Origin: Acidimicrobiia bacterium
Lineage (GTDB): Bacteria > Actinomycetota > Acidimicrobiia > Acidimicrobiales > JANYDT01
Reading direction: 5' to 3'
Assembly (NCBI GenBank): GCA_031381685.1
Contig: JANMYF010000187.1
Coordinates: 1 to 62,074 of the forward strand
Length of the DNA: 62,074 nucleotides
Shown: in pieces, positions 8,744-18,221 of the stretch
Layout: each line of letters begins with the position of its first letter
How positions within the stretch are numbered: the first letter of the stretch is position 1
Translations under genes and position numbers: made by a program
Notes under the pieces: generated by a model
What the model was told of the DNA's origin: nothing
Seen by the model: the letters and a program-made list of their open reading frames with translations, nothing else
The model's database searches: none

Positions 8744-9795
8744 TGAGCGTTCCGTCGGTTGATCCAGCTGCTGACGACGACGGCCTCGAGTCGCTCCGCC
8801 CGCGCAGTCTGGCGGAATTCGTCGGGCAGCCCCAGCTCAAAGAACACCTCGGGATCGTGCTCGAGGCGGCGCGTAAGCGCGGCCAGGCGGCCGATCACCT
8901 GCTCTTCGCCGGCCCTCCCGGTCTCGGCAAGACCTCGCTCGCGGCGATCGTCGCGCTGGAGATGGGAGTGGGCTTCCGGATCACCTCGGGCCCGGCCCTC
9001 GAGCGAGCCGGTGATCTCGCCGCCATCCTCACGAACCTCGCCGAGAACGATGTGCTCTTCATCGACGAGATCCATCGCCTGCCCCGAGCGGTCGAGGAGG
9101 TTCTGTACCCGGCGATGGAGGATTTCCAACTCGACATCGTGCTCGGCAAAGGTCCGAGCGCGAGGAGTCTCCGGCTCGATCTTCCCCCGTTCACGCTGAT
9201 CGGTGCGACCACGCGGGCCGGCCTCATCACAGGTCCGTTGCGCGACCGCTTCGGCCACACCGCACGGCTCGACTACTACGGTGTCGACGATCTGCGCCGC
9301 ATCGTCGAGCGGGCGGCGCGCATCCTCGGTGTGTCGATCGAGGCCGACGGCGCTCACGAAATCGCGCGTCGCTCGCGCGGCACACCGCGCATCGCGAACC
9401 GCCTGCTGCGCCGCATCCGTGACTATGCCGAGGTACGCGCCCAAGGCATCATCGATCTTGCTGCAGCCCGAAACGGTCTTGCCGTGTTCGACATCGACGA
9501 ACTCGGCCTCGACCGTGTCGATCGTGCGATCCTTCGCGCGCTTACAACCCGCTTCGGCGGGGGACCCGCCGGGCTCTCCACCCTCGCCATCAGTATCGGC
9601 GAGGATCCCGACACGCTCGAGTCGATGTACGAGCCGTTTCTGATTCAGATGGGCCTCATCAAGCGGACGCCGAAGGGTCGAGTGGCCATGCCGGCGGCGT
9701 GGGAGCATCTCGACCTTGCTCCACCCAGCGATGCGGCAACGACGCTGTGGGGCGACGACGGCGTGCCACCATCGGATCGGCGCCTGTTCGATTGA
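8740..9795 (+). CDS. ruvB: Holliday junction DNA helicase RuvB
   Basis: [12 protein letters not shown], Walker [12 protein letters not shown], Walker [10 protein letters not shown]. Overlaps the ruvA stop. Confidence 0.95.
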   Translation: MMSVPSVDPAADDDGLESLRPRSLAEFVGQPQLKEHLGIVLEAARKRGQAADHLLFAGPPGLGKTSLAAIVALEMGVGFRITSGPALERAGDLAAILTNLAENDVLFIDEIHRLPRAVEEVLYPAMEDFQLDIVLGKGPSARSLRLDLPPFTLIGATTRAGLITGPLRDRFGHTARLDYYGVDDLRRIVERAARILGVSIEADGAHEIARRSRGTPRIANRLLRRIRDYAEVRAQGIIDLAAARNGLAVFDIDELGLDRVDRAILRALTTRFGGGPAGLSTLAISIGEDPDTLESMYEPFLIQMGLIKRTPKGRVAMPAAWEHLDLAPPSDAATTLWGDDGVPPSDRRLFD

Positions 9796-9803
9796 CCGAG
9801 ACC

Positions 9804-10898
9804 ATGACGCAGACCGCAGACCCTTCCCCGGCCACGTACGAATCTCCCCGCCCGGCCTCCGGCGTGCGGATGGACGACTACGACTACGACCTCCCGTTCG
9901 CCTCGATCGCCCAGCGACCGATCGAACCGCGTGACGCTGCACGCCTGCTCGTAGCGCTGTCGAGCGGCAGTGCTCCGGATCACCGCCACATCAACGATCT
10001 TCCGTCGTTGCTCGAGCCTGGCGACCTGCTCGTTGTCAACGAGACCCGGGTCATTCCCGCCCGGCTGCATCTTCGCAAGCCCAGTGGGGGAGCCGTCGAG
10101 GTGCTTCTCCTCGAGCACCGGTCGGACCAAAGCTGGCAAGCACTCGTCAAACCGAGTCGGAAGGTGGCCATCGGCACCCGTCTTCAACCAGGCCCGGGCC
10201 TCGTCGTCGAGATCGGCGAGGCGTTCGAAGGTGGTCAGCGTATGGTCCGCCTGCTGGGAGACGACGGCGAACCGCTCGCCCATGGTGCTGAGGAACGGGC
10301 GCTCGAGATCTACGGCGAGGCTCCGTTGCCCCCGTACATCACCACCCCGCTCGCCGACTCCTCCCGCTATCAGACGACCTACGCGCGGGTCGCCGGCAGC
10401 GCCGCTGCGCCCACGGCCGGACTGCACTTCACCCCGGCCGTCTTCGAGGCCCTTGCGGCGCGCGGCGTCGGTGTGGCGAAGATCGATCTCGCCGTGGGGC
10501 TCGACACGTTTCGCCCCGTGACAGCGGATCGGCCGGAGGATCACGACATCCATTCCGAGCGCTACGACGTGCCGGCGGCCACGTGGGATGCCGTCGTCCG
10601 CACCCGCGCCGCCGGTGGACGCATCGTCGCGGTAGGCACGACGACCGTACGCTCGCTCGAGACCGTTGCGGCCTCGGGTGTCCTGTCGGGCCGAACCAAG
10701 TTGCTCATCTACGGCGACTACCCCTTTGCCGCCGTAGATCTCCTCCTCACCAACTTCCACCTTCCGCGGTCGTCGCTGCTGTTGCTCGTCGAAGCCTTTG
10801 CCGGACGGCGTTGGCGCGACCTCTATGCCGAGGCCATTGCCGAGGGATACCGGTTCCTGTCACTCGGTGATGCGCTGCTCCTCGGTCGACGCAACTGA
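9804..10898 (+). CDS. queA: S-adenosylmethionine:tRNA ribosyltransferase-isomerase QueA
   Basis: ATG 9804 inside track ORF 9699..10898 (alternative ATG 9870 giving MDDYDYDLP). Motifs: YDLPFASIAQRPIEPRD, VVNETRVIPARL, VGTTTVRSLE. Confidence 0.9.
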   Translation: MTQTADPSPATYESPRPASGVRMDDYDYDLPFASIAQRPIEPRDAARLLVALSSGSAPDHRHINDLPSLLEPGDLLVVNETRVIPARLHLRKPSGGAVEVLLLEHRSDQSWQALVKPSRKVAIGTRLQPGPGLVVEIGEAFEGGQRMVRLLGDDGEPLAHGAEERALEIYGEAPLPPYITTPLADSSRYQTTYARVAGSAAAPTAGLHFTPAVFEALAARGVGVAKIDLAVGLDTFRPVTADRPEDHDIHSERYDVPAATWDAVVRTRAAGGRIVAVGTTTVRSLETVAASGVLSGRTKLLIYGDYPFAAVDLLLTNFHLPRSSLLLLVEAFAGRRWRDLYAEAIAEGYRFLSLGDALLLGRRN

Positions 10899-10923
10899 GC
10901 AGGCGCAGACATCGGTGCGTGTC

Positions 10924-10968
10924 CGGCGATCTGCAGGTCGGATTTGTGACCGATCGCCGTCTTTTCTT
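10924..10968 (+). terminator. putative intrinsic terminator after queA
   Basis: CGGCGATC (10924-10931) pairs with GATCGCCG (10952-10959). An inner GGTC/GACC pairing is also possible. Followed directly by TCTTTTCTT. Confidence 0.5.
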
Positions 10969-11013
10969 CGGTAGTCCTCGCATCCGCCCTGAGCAGGTCA
11001 TAGGGTTTTCTCT

Positions 11014-11754
11014 GTGAAGTTCGTCGTCGCCGAGTTCGTGCTCTACGCACTGGCGGCTTTCGCCGTCGGGGTCGCTGCGGGTGCCACGTGGCAGCGACGA
11101 CCGATTCGTCGGGCCACGAACCGGGTTCGGATCCTCGAGCGCGCCAAACTCAGTGCCGACCAGCGCTGGATGCAGGTCGAACGGGAACGCGAGGCGCTGA
11201 AGGCCGAACTCGCCGAGGCTCGGGGGATGCTCGGCTCGGTGGCGGCGTTGCGCACCGGCCTGGCCGAAGCGCATGCCGAGCGCCAAGCCGCGGTCGCCGC
11301 CCGAGAGGCCGCCGACATCCACGTTGCCCGACTTCGCGCCGACCTCGACGCACGCACGCTCCCCACGTTCACACCGGTCCTGCCGATGGTGACGATGACG
11401 AAAGACGACGCCGAGCCCGCGTCACGCTCCGCCGAGCGTGAGGTCGAAAGCCAGCGGGAACTCGCCGATCGACTCGAGTTGGTTCGTCGAAACGAAGCGC
11501 TCAACGCGTCGCTCACCGAGAGGCTTCTCGCCGCTGAACGACATGTTCGCGACCTCCAACAACGACACAACAACTACGTCCGTTCCGCGCAGGCTGCGCT
11601 GACTGCTGCCGTGGTTCGGGCCGAGCAGGCCGAGGCGAGCCTCTCGGTTGCCAAGGCCGCCCGGACGGCGCAGGAGCCAGAGCCCGCGGGGGCGATCGTG
11701 ATCGATCTGCGTACGTATCACCCTGTGGATTCGTCCGGCCCCGAACCGGCGTGA
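11014..11754 (+). CDS. membrane-anchored coiled-coil protein (module 1, partner of BON-OmpA protein)
   Basis: GTG start. N-terminal TM segment MKFVVAEFVLYALAAFAVGVAAGATW, then a long Ala/Glu/Arg-rich heptad-like helix. N-terminus is paralogous to ORF 12827..14128. Stop overlaps the next gene's start (GTGA). Confidence 0.7.
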   Translation: MKFVVAEFVLYALAAFAVGVAAGATWQRRPIRRATNRVRILERAKLSADQRWMQVEREREALKAELAEARGMLGSVAALRTGLAEAHAERQAAVAAREAADIHVARLRADLDARTLPTFTPVLPMVTMTKDDAEPASRSAEREVESQRELADRLELVRRNEALNASLTERLLAAERHVRDLQQRHNNYVRSAQAALTAAVVRAEQAEASLSVAKAARTAQEPEPAGAIVIDLRTYHPVDSSGPEPA

Positions 11755-12680
11755 CTGTCACCTCGTCATCGCTGAATGACGCTTCAGTCGGACCGAAGGA
11801 CCCAGGCTTCTTCGGCGAGGCAGAAGAGGATCTTCCCGGACGTGTCTCCGCTGTACTGATCGGGATCGTCGGTCTCGTCGGCGTCGTGGTGTTCGGGTGT
11901 GTCATCGGCATTCCCCACCTCGAGCGTCACCTGCGGTCGGACATCGAGCGCCATGCGCTGCAGGACGCCGCGGGCGTCGAAGTTGTCGTCGATGGGCGGA
12001 CCGCCGTGCTCGCCGGGTCCGTCCGGTCGGCCGACGAACGCCGCGCCGTGATCGATCGAGTCGCTCGACGCTGGGGAGTTGCCCGAGTCGACGCCAAGAG
12101 TCTCGCCGTGGAGGTCGCCGGGCCCGAGCCGACGAAGTCCGCGTCCGCGGCGTCCGCCGCGCGACGGACCACGCCTGCGGCCGCTCCCACTCCGACACCC
12201 AACGCCTCCGCGCTCGATTCGGCTGATCGTTCCCGTCCGGTCGGCGTGCCTACGTCGACGACACCGGCGACATCAACGACAACGACGACCGTGGTCGATG
12301 ACGCGGCGATCAGACGCCTCGAAACGGAGTTCGCGTCGATCCGACGCGCCGCCCCGATCGTGTTCGCCCGGTCGAGTCCAACCTTGCTCGCATCAGCGCA
12401 GGTCACCCTCGACCGGATCGCCGCGGCGCTGTCCCGGACGCCCCTACGGATCCGCATCGAAGCCCATACCGATGGCAGCGGTGATCCAATAGCCAACCTG
12501 GTCCTGAGCACCCAGCGGGCCGAGGCCGTGCGTGACGCGTTGATCGCCCGAGGGGTGAGCCCGGCGATTGTCACCGCCGTCGGACTGGGCGAGGCCAAAC
12601 CGATCGCCAGTAACGCCTCGGCTGCAGGACGAGTCAGAAACCGGCGGGTTGAGTTCGTCGTTGTTGCGTCGGTCACCTGA
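11751..12680 (+). CDS. ArfA/OmpATb-like protein: N-terminal TM + BON domain + OmpA_C-like peptidoglycan-binding domain
   Basis: TM segment VSAVLIGIVGLVGVVVFGCVIGI. BON-like VVVDGRTAVLAGSVRSADERRAVIDRV. OmpA_C motifs: IVFARSSPTL, IEAHTDGSGD, NLVLSTQRAEAV, NRRVEFVV. Confidence 0.82.
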   Translation: MTVTSSSLNDASVGPKDPGFFGEAEEDLPGRVSAVLIGIVGLVGVVVFGCVIGIPHLERHLRSDIERHALQDAAGVEVVVDGRTAVLAGSVRSADERRAVIDRVARRWGVARVDAKSLAVEVAGPEPTKSASAASAARRTTPAAAPTPTPNASALDSADRSRPVGVPTSTTPATSTTTTTVVDDAAIRRLETEFASIRRAAPIVFARSSPTLLASAQVTLDRIAAALSRTPLRIRIEAHTDGSGDPIANLVLSTQRAEAVRDALIARGVSPAIVTAVGLGEAKPIASNASAAGRVRNRRVEFVVVASVT

Positions 12681-12826
12681 GCGATTCCGGAGGGTCGGAC
12701 CCAATATCGTCTTGCGGGAGACCCGACGGTGATTGCCACGAATCAGGGGCACGGGGGAACTACCTTCGAAAGGTACCGCTGGCTTCGTCATCGTTCGGCG
12801 AGTTCTGTGAGACCTGAGGTCACTCG

Positions 12827-14128
12827 ATGCCGTTTCTCATTGCCCATACATTCGTTCTTCTCCTTGTGGCGACCGCCATCGGTCTTATTGCCGGCTGGCT
12901 GGTCTGGGGCGGGAACGTTCGGGTCGATCACCCCGACTCGGCCGATGACACCGCCTCGAGCGCCGAGCTAGTCGCGCTTCGAAGCGAGGTCGACGCGCGG
13001 ACCGGCGACGTCGCCCGCCTTCGCCGCAAGCTCAAACGAGCCGTCGAAGAGCTCGAATCCCACGCGACGCAACTCGATGCGGCCGAGGAGCGAATTGCCA
13101 CGCTGACCTCGTCGGTGGAATCGGGAACGACGCGTGTCGTCGAGGACCCGGAGCTGGTGGCGGAGATTGCCTCACTGCGTGACCAGTTGGCGTTCGACCG
13201 CGCTGCTCACGTCGAAGCCACCGCCGAGCTCGAGCAATTCCGCGTTGCTCATGCCGAGGTGCTCGAAGAGCTGCGCGTCGCCGAGGTTCGAAGCGCAACG
13301 CTCGATGACGAACTGGCGTCGGCTCGTGCTCAGCTCGGCGGCCTCGAGGACGGGGTTGCCGCGAGGGAGCAGGTTGGCGTTCTGGAGCGCAACCTCCATG
13401 AGGCGCAAGCCCTGATCCGTGACGCGGGGGAAAGGGTGACCTATCTGGAGCGCCAGGCGCTGCTGTGGCAGAACGAGGCCGACAGGCTGCAGGCGACGAT
13501 CGACGAGAGTGCCGCCGCGGAGGCGCAGCGAATCGAATCGAGCCAGCGGGAGGTGCAGGCACTCCTGCGCGCGCACGAAACGGCGCTGGCGTCCCTGCGG
13601 ATGGAAGCGTCGAGCAGTCGGCTCCGTGCCGATGCCGCGGCCGACCACCTCGGTCGCCTGCAGCGAGAGTTCCGCGCCGTACAGGAGCGTTCGTCGGCGC
13701 ACCTCGAATCGACACGATCAGCCATGGCAGATCTCGACCGGAAACTGGCCGCGGCGCATGCAACGCTCAACGACGGGAACCCGTCGACGTTCACCGAACC
13801 GGCACCGTCGGAACCCGACCCCACCGGTCTGCTCGGGCTGCCCGGCATGACCGAAGGACTCGCTGAACACCTCCACGAGCTCGGGGTCAGCTCGATCGCC
13901 GACGTTGCCGACTGGTCGTCCGACGATGTGGAGCGCATCGCCGCCTGGTTACCGGAGAACCCCGACGTGATCACAACGAACGATTGGGTTGCATCGGCTC
14001 GGTCGTTGCTCGCTGGCGGGCCGGTCGTCTCGCCGAGCGGACTCGTACGTGGCTCAATCGGCCCTAACCGAGCAACGACCGACGGACCACGCCGACGGGT
14101 CGCCTATCGACCGGCCGTTCCTCGGTGA
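12827..14128 (+). CDS. membrane-anchored coiled-coil protein (module 2) with C-terminal helix-hairpin-helix-like segment
   Basis: N-terminal TM segment MPFLIAHTFVLLLVATAIGLIAGWLVW, followed by about 300 aa of coiled-coil-like sequence. The C-terminal LPGMTEGLAEHLHELGVSSIADVADWSSDDVERIAAWL is HhH-like. Confidence 0.7.
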   Translation: MPFLIAHTFVLLLVATAIGLIAGWLVWGGNVRVDHPDSADDTASSAELVALRSEVDARTGDVARLRRKLKRAVEELESHATQLDAAEERIATLTSSVESGTTRVVEDPELVAEIASLRDQLAFDRAAHVEATAELEQFRVAHAEVLEELRVAEVRSATLDDELASARAQLGGLEDGVAAREQVGVLERNLHEAQALIRDAGERVTYLERQALLWQNEADRLQATIDESAAAEAQRIESSQREVQALLRAHETALASLRMEASSSRLRADAAADHLGRLQREFRAVQERSSAHLESTRSAMADLDRKLAAAHATLNDGNPSTFTEPAPSEPDPTGLLGLPGMTEGLAEHLHELGVSSIADVADWSSDDVERIAAWLPENPDVITTNDWVASARSLLAGGPVVSPSGLVRGSIGPNRATTDGPRRRVAYRPAVPR

Positions 14129-15335
14129 TCGAGGCAGGCGCCGCAAGGTCGCTGTCGGATTGATCATCACCGAACTGGCGCTGTTGACGGTCGGTGTCGT
14201 GGTGTTTCGTCGCAATGCCATCGAAGACCAACTCGAGCGTTCGGTTCTCGATGCCGTCCTGATCGACCATCCGGGTCTGAAGGTCGCCGCCAGCGGCCGC
14301 GACATCACGATTTCCGGAGTGGTGAAGGACACAAAGGCGAAGGCGCTCGTCGCGAAGATCGCCCGGAGCCGCCCGGGTGTGCGGAGCGTTGACGTTTCTG
14401 GTGTCGGCGGGGCCGCCCAACTCGACCCGGCCAACACGGGGACCATCCCCGATGGAACGCCGGTTCCGACAACCGCGAAGCCGCCGATTCGCCCGCCCCA
14501 GGTCTCCGCCGTCTTCGCCCCGTCGACGGTGACGTTGCGGGGTGAGGTCCCGAACGTCGAGGCCAAGACAGCGTTGCTCGGACGCCTTCTCCAACGCGGC
14601 GATGACCTGAAAGTACTCGATGAGTTGGTAGTGGCGACCAAGTCGACGGAGCGTCCGGACCTCGCGCAATACCGCCGGCTCGGCACGTTCTTCGACACGC
14701 TCGCCCGCCTCGAGGTACCTCGTGCGACAGTGAACTTCGACCGCACGATCCTGTCGCTCGACGCCGAGGTTGCGACGAGTGCCGACCGCGATCTGCTTCG
14801 CCGCGAAAGCGTTGTGCTTGTCGGCGGGTCGCCTGATCAGGTCCGCGGTGAGATCACCGTGACGCCGTCGACGGATTCAACGACAGCCACCGACTCGACC
14901 ATCGCTGGTTCCCCGACCACCACGGCCGACGGTGCGTCGATCACTGTTCCCCCGATTCCGTCCACGCCACAGGCGCAAGCGGCGCAGGCGGCCATCACCG
15001 CAGCGACCCAGGACCGTACGATTTCGTTCGCCAAGAGCTCGTCCTCCCTGAGCGACGAGGGCAAGGCGGTCGTCTCCGACGTGGCCGCCGCGTTGCAACC
15101 TTCGACGGTGAAGATCGAAGTCGGCGGCCACACGGACTGGAAGGGTCCGGCTGAGGTCAATCTGGATCTTTCCCAGGCGCGCGCCGACGCAGTGCGAGAA
15201 GCGCTGATCAAGGCCGGAATCGACGCCTCGCGGATCACCGCGAAGGGCTACGGAGAAGAGATCCCGGTGGCGTCGAACGAGACCGACGCAGGTCGCGCGA
15301 AGAACCGGCGCATCGAGATCCGGGTCGTGGGGTAG
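14049..15335 (+). CDS. ArfA/OmpATb-like protein: TM + BON domain(s) + OmpA_C-like domain (module 2)
   Basis: Track ORF 13989..15335. GTG 14049 is the closest in-frame start upstream of the basic flank RGRRRK and the TM segment VAVGLIITELALLTVGVVVF. BON-like ITISGVVKDTKAKALVAKIARSRPGVRSVDV. OmpA_C motifs: ISFAKSSSSL, VGGHTDWKG, NLDLSQARADAV, NRRIEIRV. The start is uncertain and overlaps the upstream gene by about 80 nt. Confidence 0.78.
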   Translation: MAQSALTEQRPTDHADGSPIDRPFLGDRGRRRKVAVGLIITELALLTVGVVVFRRNAIEDQLERSVLDAVLIDHPGLKVAASGRDITISGVVKDTKAKALVAKIARSRPGVRSVDVSGVGGAAQLDPANTGTIPDGTPVPTTAKPPIRPPQVSAVFAPSTVTLRGEVPNVEAKTALLGRLLQRGDDLKVLDELVVATKSTERPDLAQYRRLGTFFDTLARLEVPRATVNFDRTILSLDAEVATSADRDLLRRESVVLVGGSPDQVRGEITVTPSTDSTTATDSTIAGSPTTTADGASITVPPIPSTPQAQAAQAAITAATQDRTISFAKSSSSLSDEGKAVVSDVAAALQPSTVKIEVGGHTDWKGPAEVNLDLSQARADAVREALIKAGIDASRITAKGYGEEIPVASNETDAGRAKNRRIEIRVVG

Positions 15336-15424
15336 TTCCCGCTCGATCGTCGTGCCCGGACCCGATCAGGACCGGCCCGGCGCGCCGGTTGGTGGGAACG
15401 GTCCGTGTCGGCGAGGATGGGGTC

Positions 15425-16225
15425 ATGGCCTGGAATGACGCGACCGGTGACGAACTTCTCTACGACGTGACCGGCCATGTGGCCACGATCACGTTCAACC
15501 GCCCGGATCAGATGAACACGATCACGGGGCCGATGCTCGATCTGCTGAGCGAACTGCTCATCAAGGCCGACAAGAACAACGAGATCAGATGCATCATCCT
15601 CACCGGTCGCGGGCGTGCCTGGTGCGCCGGCCTCGACGTCAAGGCGCAGAGCAAGGGTGGCGGCCTCTCTCTCGGCGGCGTGCCGGAGATCGAGATGCGG
15701 TCGACGCCGCCGATCGTCCTGTACGGCATCGACACCCCGATCATTGCCGCGCTCAACGGTGGCGCCGCGGGCTACGGACTCGACGTCGCCCTCGGGTGCG
15801 ACATCCGGATCGCCGCTCGTTCGGCCAAGTTGGCGTTTGCCTTCGCCAAGCGCGGAGTCCTCCCCGAGAGTGGCGGCACGTGGCTGCTGCCCCGGATCGT
15901 CGGCCGTTCGCTCGCCGCCGAGCTCATGCTCACGGGTCGGACCCTCGATGCTGACGCCTCCCTCGCCGCCGGCCTGGTCAGCCGGGTCGTCGACGATGCC
16001 GAACTCGCCGACGCGGCGATGTCGGTGGCCCAGGAGATCGCCGCGAATGCGCCCCTCGCCACCCGCGCCATCAAGCGGATGCTGCGCGCTGGTGAAGGCG
16101 AGCAGTTCGACGCCCACATCCATCACGCGTTCCTCCAACTGCTTCCTCTGGTCGGTTCGAAGGACTTCGCCGAAGGCGTGGCGTCCTACCTCGAACGTCG
16201 CGAGCCGACCTTCATCGGACGGTAA
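15425..16225 (+). CDS. enoyl-CoA hydratase/isomerase (crotonase) family protein
   Basis: ATG 15425 in track ORF 15389..16225. Motifs: ITFNRPDQMN, GRGRAWCAGLDV, IAALNGGAAGYGLDVALGCDIRIA. Confidence 0.88.
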   Translation: MAWNDATGDELLYDVTGHVATITFNRPDQMNTITGPMLDLLSELLIKADKNNEIRCIILTGRGRAWCAGLDVKAQSKGGGLSLGGVPEIEMRSTPPIVLYGIDTPIIAALNGGAAGYGLDVALGCDIRIAARSAKLAFAFAKRGVLPESGGTWLLPRIVGRSLAAELMLTGRTLDADASLAAGLVSRVVDDAELADAAMSVAQEIAANAPLATRAIKRMLRAGEGEQFDAHIHHAFLQLLPLVGSKDFAEGVASYLERREPTFIGR

Positions 16226-16280
16226 AACGACGGGCGCTCCGCCCGCGTCCGTAAGTTGAGCGATCGGTTAGCTTGGACGG

Positions 16281-17384
16281 ATGGTTTCCGGCGCTCCGCG
16301 CTCCCGCAACGCCCTTTTCGTCGGGCTTCTGCTTGCGTTCGCCGTGACGGGATGCAGCAGCGACAACGCTGATCCAACTGCCGCTTCAACCCCCGTTACC
16401 GATGCCTCCGCAGCCGTGGGTTCGCCCGCACCCGTCGAGAGCGGATGCGACGGAGGGACGGCAGTCACCGGTCGGCCGCTGATCGTCGCCACGACCGTCG
16501 CACCGATCACGAGCATCATCGCCAACCTCACCAGCGGGACCGACACCGTCGTGACCGGTCTCGTGCCGGAAGGCACGAACTCCCACACGTTCGAACCCCC
16601 GCCGTCGGCCGCCAAGACGGTCTCCGACGCCGACATTGTCTTCATCAACGGACTGAAGCTCGAAGAGCCGACCAAGGACCTTGCTGCCACGAACGCGAAG
16701 AGTGGCTCACAGATCTGCGAGCTCGGCACGGCGATCCTCCCCGAGTCCGAATGGATCTTCGACTTCTCCTTTCCCAAGGAGGGCGGGAAACCGAACCCGC
16801 ACCTCTGGACGAACCCCCCGATGGCCAAGGGGTACGCCCGGGTGGCGTTCGAGACCCTGGTCGGCCGTGACCCCGACGACAAGGCCGCGTACGAGCGCAA
16901 CTATGTCGCCTACGCGGCCAAGATCGACGCGCTCGACGCAGCGATGGTCGAAGCGACAGCCAGCGTTCCCGCCGCCAACCGCCGGCTCCTCACGTATCAC
17001 GACGCCTATGCGTATTTCGCCAAGCACTACGGCTGGGAGGTCGTCGGCGCGATCCAGCCGTCATCGTTCGACGAACCCACAGCGAAGGAAGTGGCGGGGC
17101 TGATCGATCAGATCAAGGAGAAGAAGGTCCCGGCCATCTTCGGCTCCGAGGTGTTCCCCTCTCCCGTGCTCGAACAGATCGGCAAGGAGTCCGGCGCGAC
17201 GTACGTCGACGTTCTCCGCGACGACGACCTTCCCGGCGCACCCGGCGACCCGGAGCACTCGTTCCTCGGCCTCATGCGCTTCGACTACGTCACCATGGTC
17301 GGCGCGCTGGGCGGGAATACGAGCAGTCTGCAGGCGCTCGACATGACAGATGTCGGCCCCGACTCGGCGAAGTATCCGCAATGA
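16281..17384 (+). CDS. metal (Zn/Mn-type, ZnuA/MntC/TroA family) ABC transporter substrate-binding lipoprotein
   Basis: Lipobox LLLAFAVTGCSS. Family motifs: EGTNSHTFEPPPS, NPHLWTNP, YHDAYAYFAKHYG. Followed by the matching ATPase and permease. Confidence 0.85.
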   Translation: MVSGAPRSRNALFVGLLLAFAVTGCSSDNADPTAASTPVTDASAAVGSPAPVESGCDGGTAVTGRPLIVATTVAPITSIIANLTSGTDTVVTGLVPEGTNSHTFEPPPSAAKTVSDADIVFINGLKLEEPTKDLAATNAKSGSQICELGTAILPESEWIFDFSFPKEGGKPNPHLWTNPPMAKGYARVAFETLVGRDPDDKAAYERNYVAYAAKIDALDAAMVEATASVPAANRRLLTYHDAYAYFAKHYGWEVVGAIQPSSFDEPTAKEVAGLIDQIKEKKVPAIFGSEVFPSPVLEQIGKESGATYVDVLRDDDLPGAPGDPEHSFLGLMRFDYVTMVGALGGNTSSLQALDMTDVGPDSAKYPQ

Positions 17385-17462
17385 CCTCGTTGTTTCCCTG
17401 CGGCAGGGCGTCGGTCGGGAGCCGTGGTCGCGTGGTTGGCTGTCGCGTGCGAGAGGACGAAC

Positions 17463-18221
17463 GTGCTTGAAATCTCTCATCTGAGCTGCTCCTACGGCGG
17501 GCCGGTGGTCGTCGACCATGTCGATCTCCACATACGGGCCGGCGAACTCGTCGGCATCGTCGGGCCGTCCGGCTCCGGCAAGACCACCCTGCTTCGGGCC
17601 ATCCTCGGCACGGTCGAGCCGATGCACGGCGCCATCGTCAAGCCCGAAGCGCTGTCGGTTGCCTACGTGCCGCAAGTGGAAACCGTCGACTGGAACTTCC
17701 CGGTGACGGTCAGCGAAGTCATCGTCATGACGATGCGCAGGCGCTCCTGGTGGCCGGGGATCTCCAAGACCGAGCGGGCTGAAGTCGACGAGTTGCTCGA
17801 CCGGCTCGGACTCGGCGGACTCGGTCAGCGCCACATCCGCGAGCTCTCCGGCGGCCAGCAGCAACGCGTGTTCCTCGCCCGCGCATTGGCGCGTCGGCCT
17901 GAACTGCTGGTGCTCGACGAACCCACGTCCGGCGTCGACGTGCGGACCCGCCACGAGATCCTCCATCTGCTCACCGATCTCAACGCCGGCGGCCTCACCA
18001 TCGTGCTGACCACCCACGACCTCAACGGGCTTGCCGCACACCTTCCACGCATCGTCTGCTTCAACAAGACGGTGATCGCCGATGGCGCACCGATCGACGT
18101 CTTACGTTCCGCTGTGCTGGAGGCGACCTATGGCGCGCCGCTCGAGGTCCTCATCCACGGCGGCATGCCGGTTGTTCTCGACCATGCCCCGTCTCTGCGC
18201 GCCATCCCGAAGCCAGCATGA
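17463..18221 (+). CDS. metal ABC transporter ATP-binding protein (ZnuC/MntB-like)
   Basis: GTG 17463 in track ORF 17424..18221. Walker A GPSGSGKTT, signature LSGGQQQR, Walker B LLVLDEPTSGVD. Confidence 0.9.
   Translation: MLEISHLSCSYGGPVVVDHVDLHIRAGELVGIVGPSGSGKTTLLRAILGTVEPMHGAIVKPEALSVAYVPQVETVDWNFPVTVSEVIVMTMRRRSWWPGISKTERAEVDELLDRLGLGGLGQRHIRELSGGQQQRVFLARALARRPELLVLDEPTSGVDVRTRHEILHLLTDLNAGGLTIVLTTHDLNGLAAHLPRIVCFNKTVIADGAPIDVLRSAVLEATYGAPLEVLIHGGMPVVLDHAPSLRAIPKPA

Noticed and set aside
11014-15335. Interpreting the coiled-coil + OmpA-like pairs as a Zorya-like (ZorAB) defence system or a flagellar-stator homologue
   Set aside because: The coiled-coil proteins have a single TM helix and no MotA/ExbB-like channel domain. 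No ZorC/D-like or nuclease/helicase genes are nearby. The OmpA partners look like ArfA-type BON-OmpA proteins.
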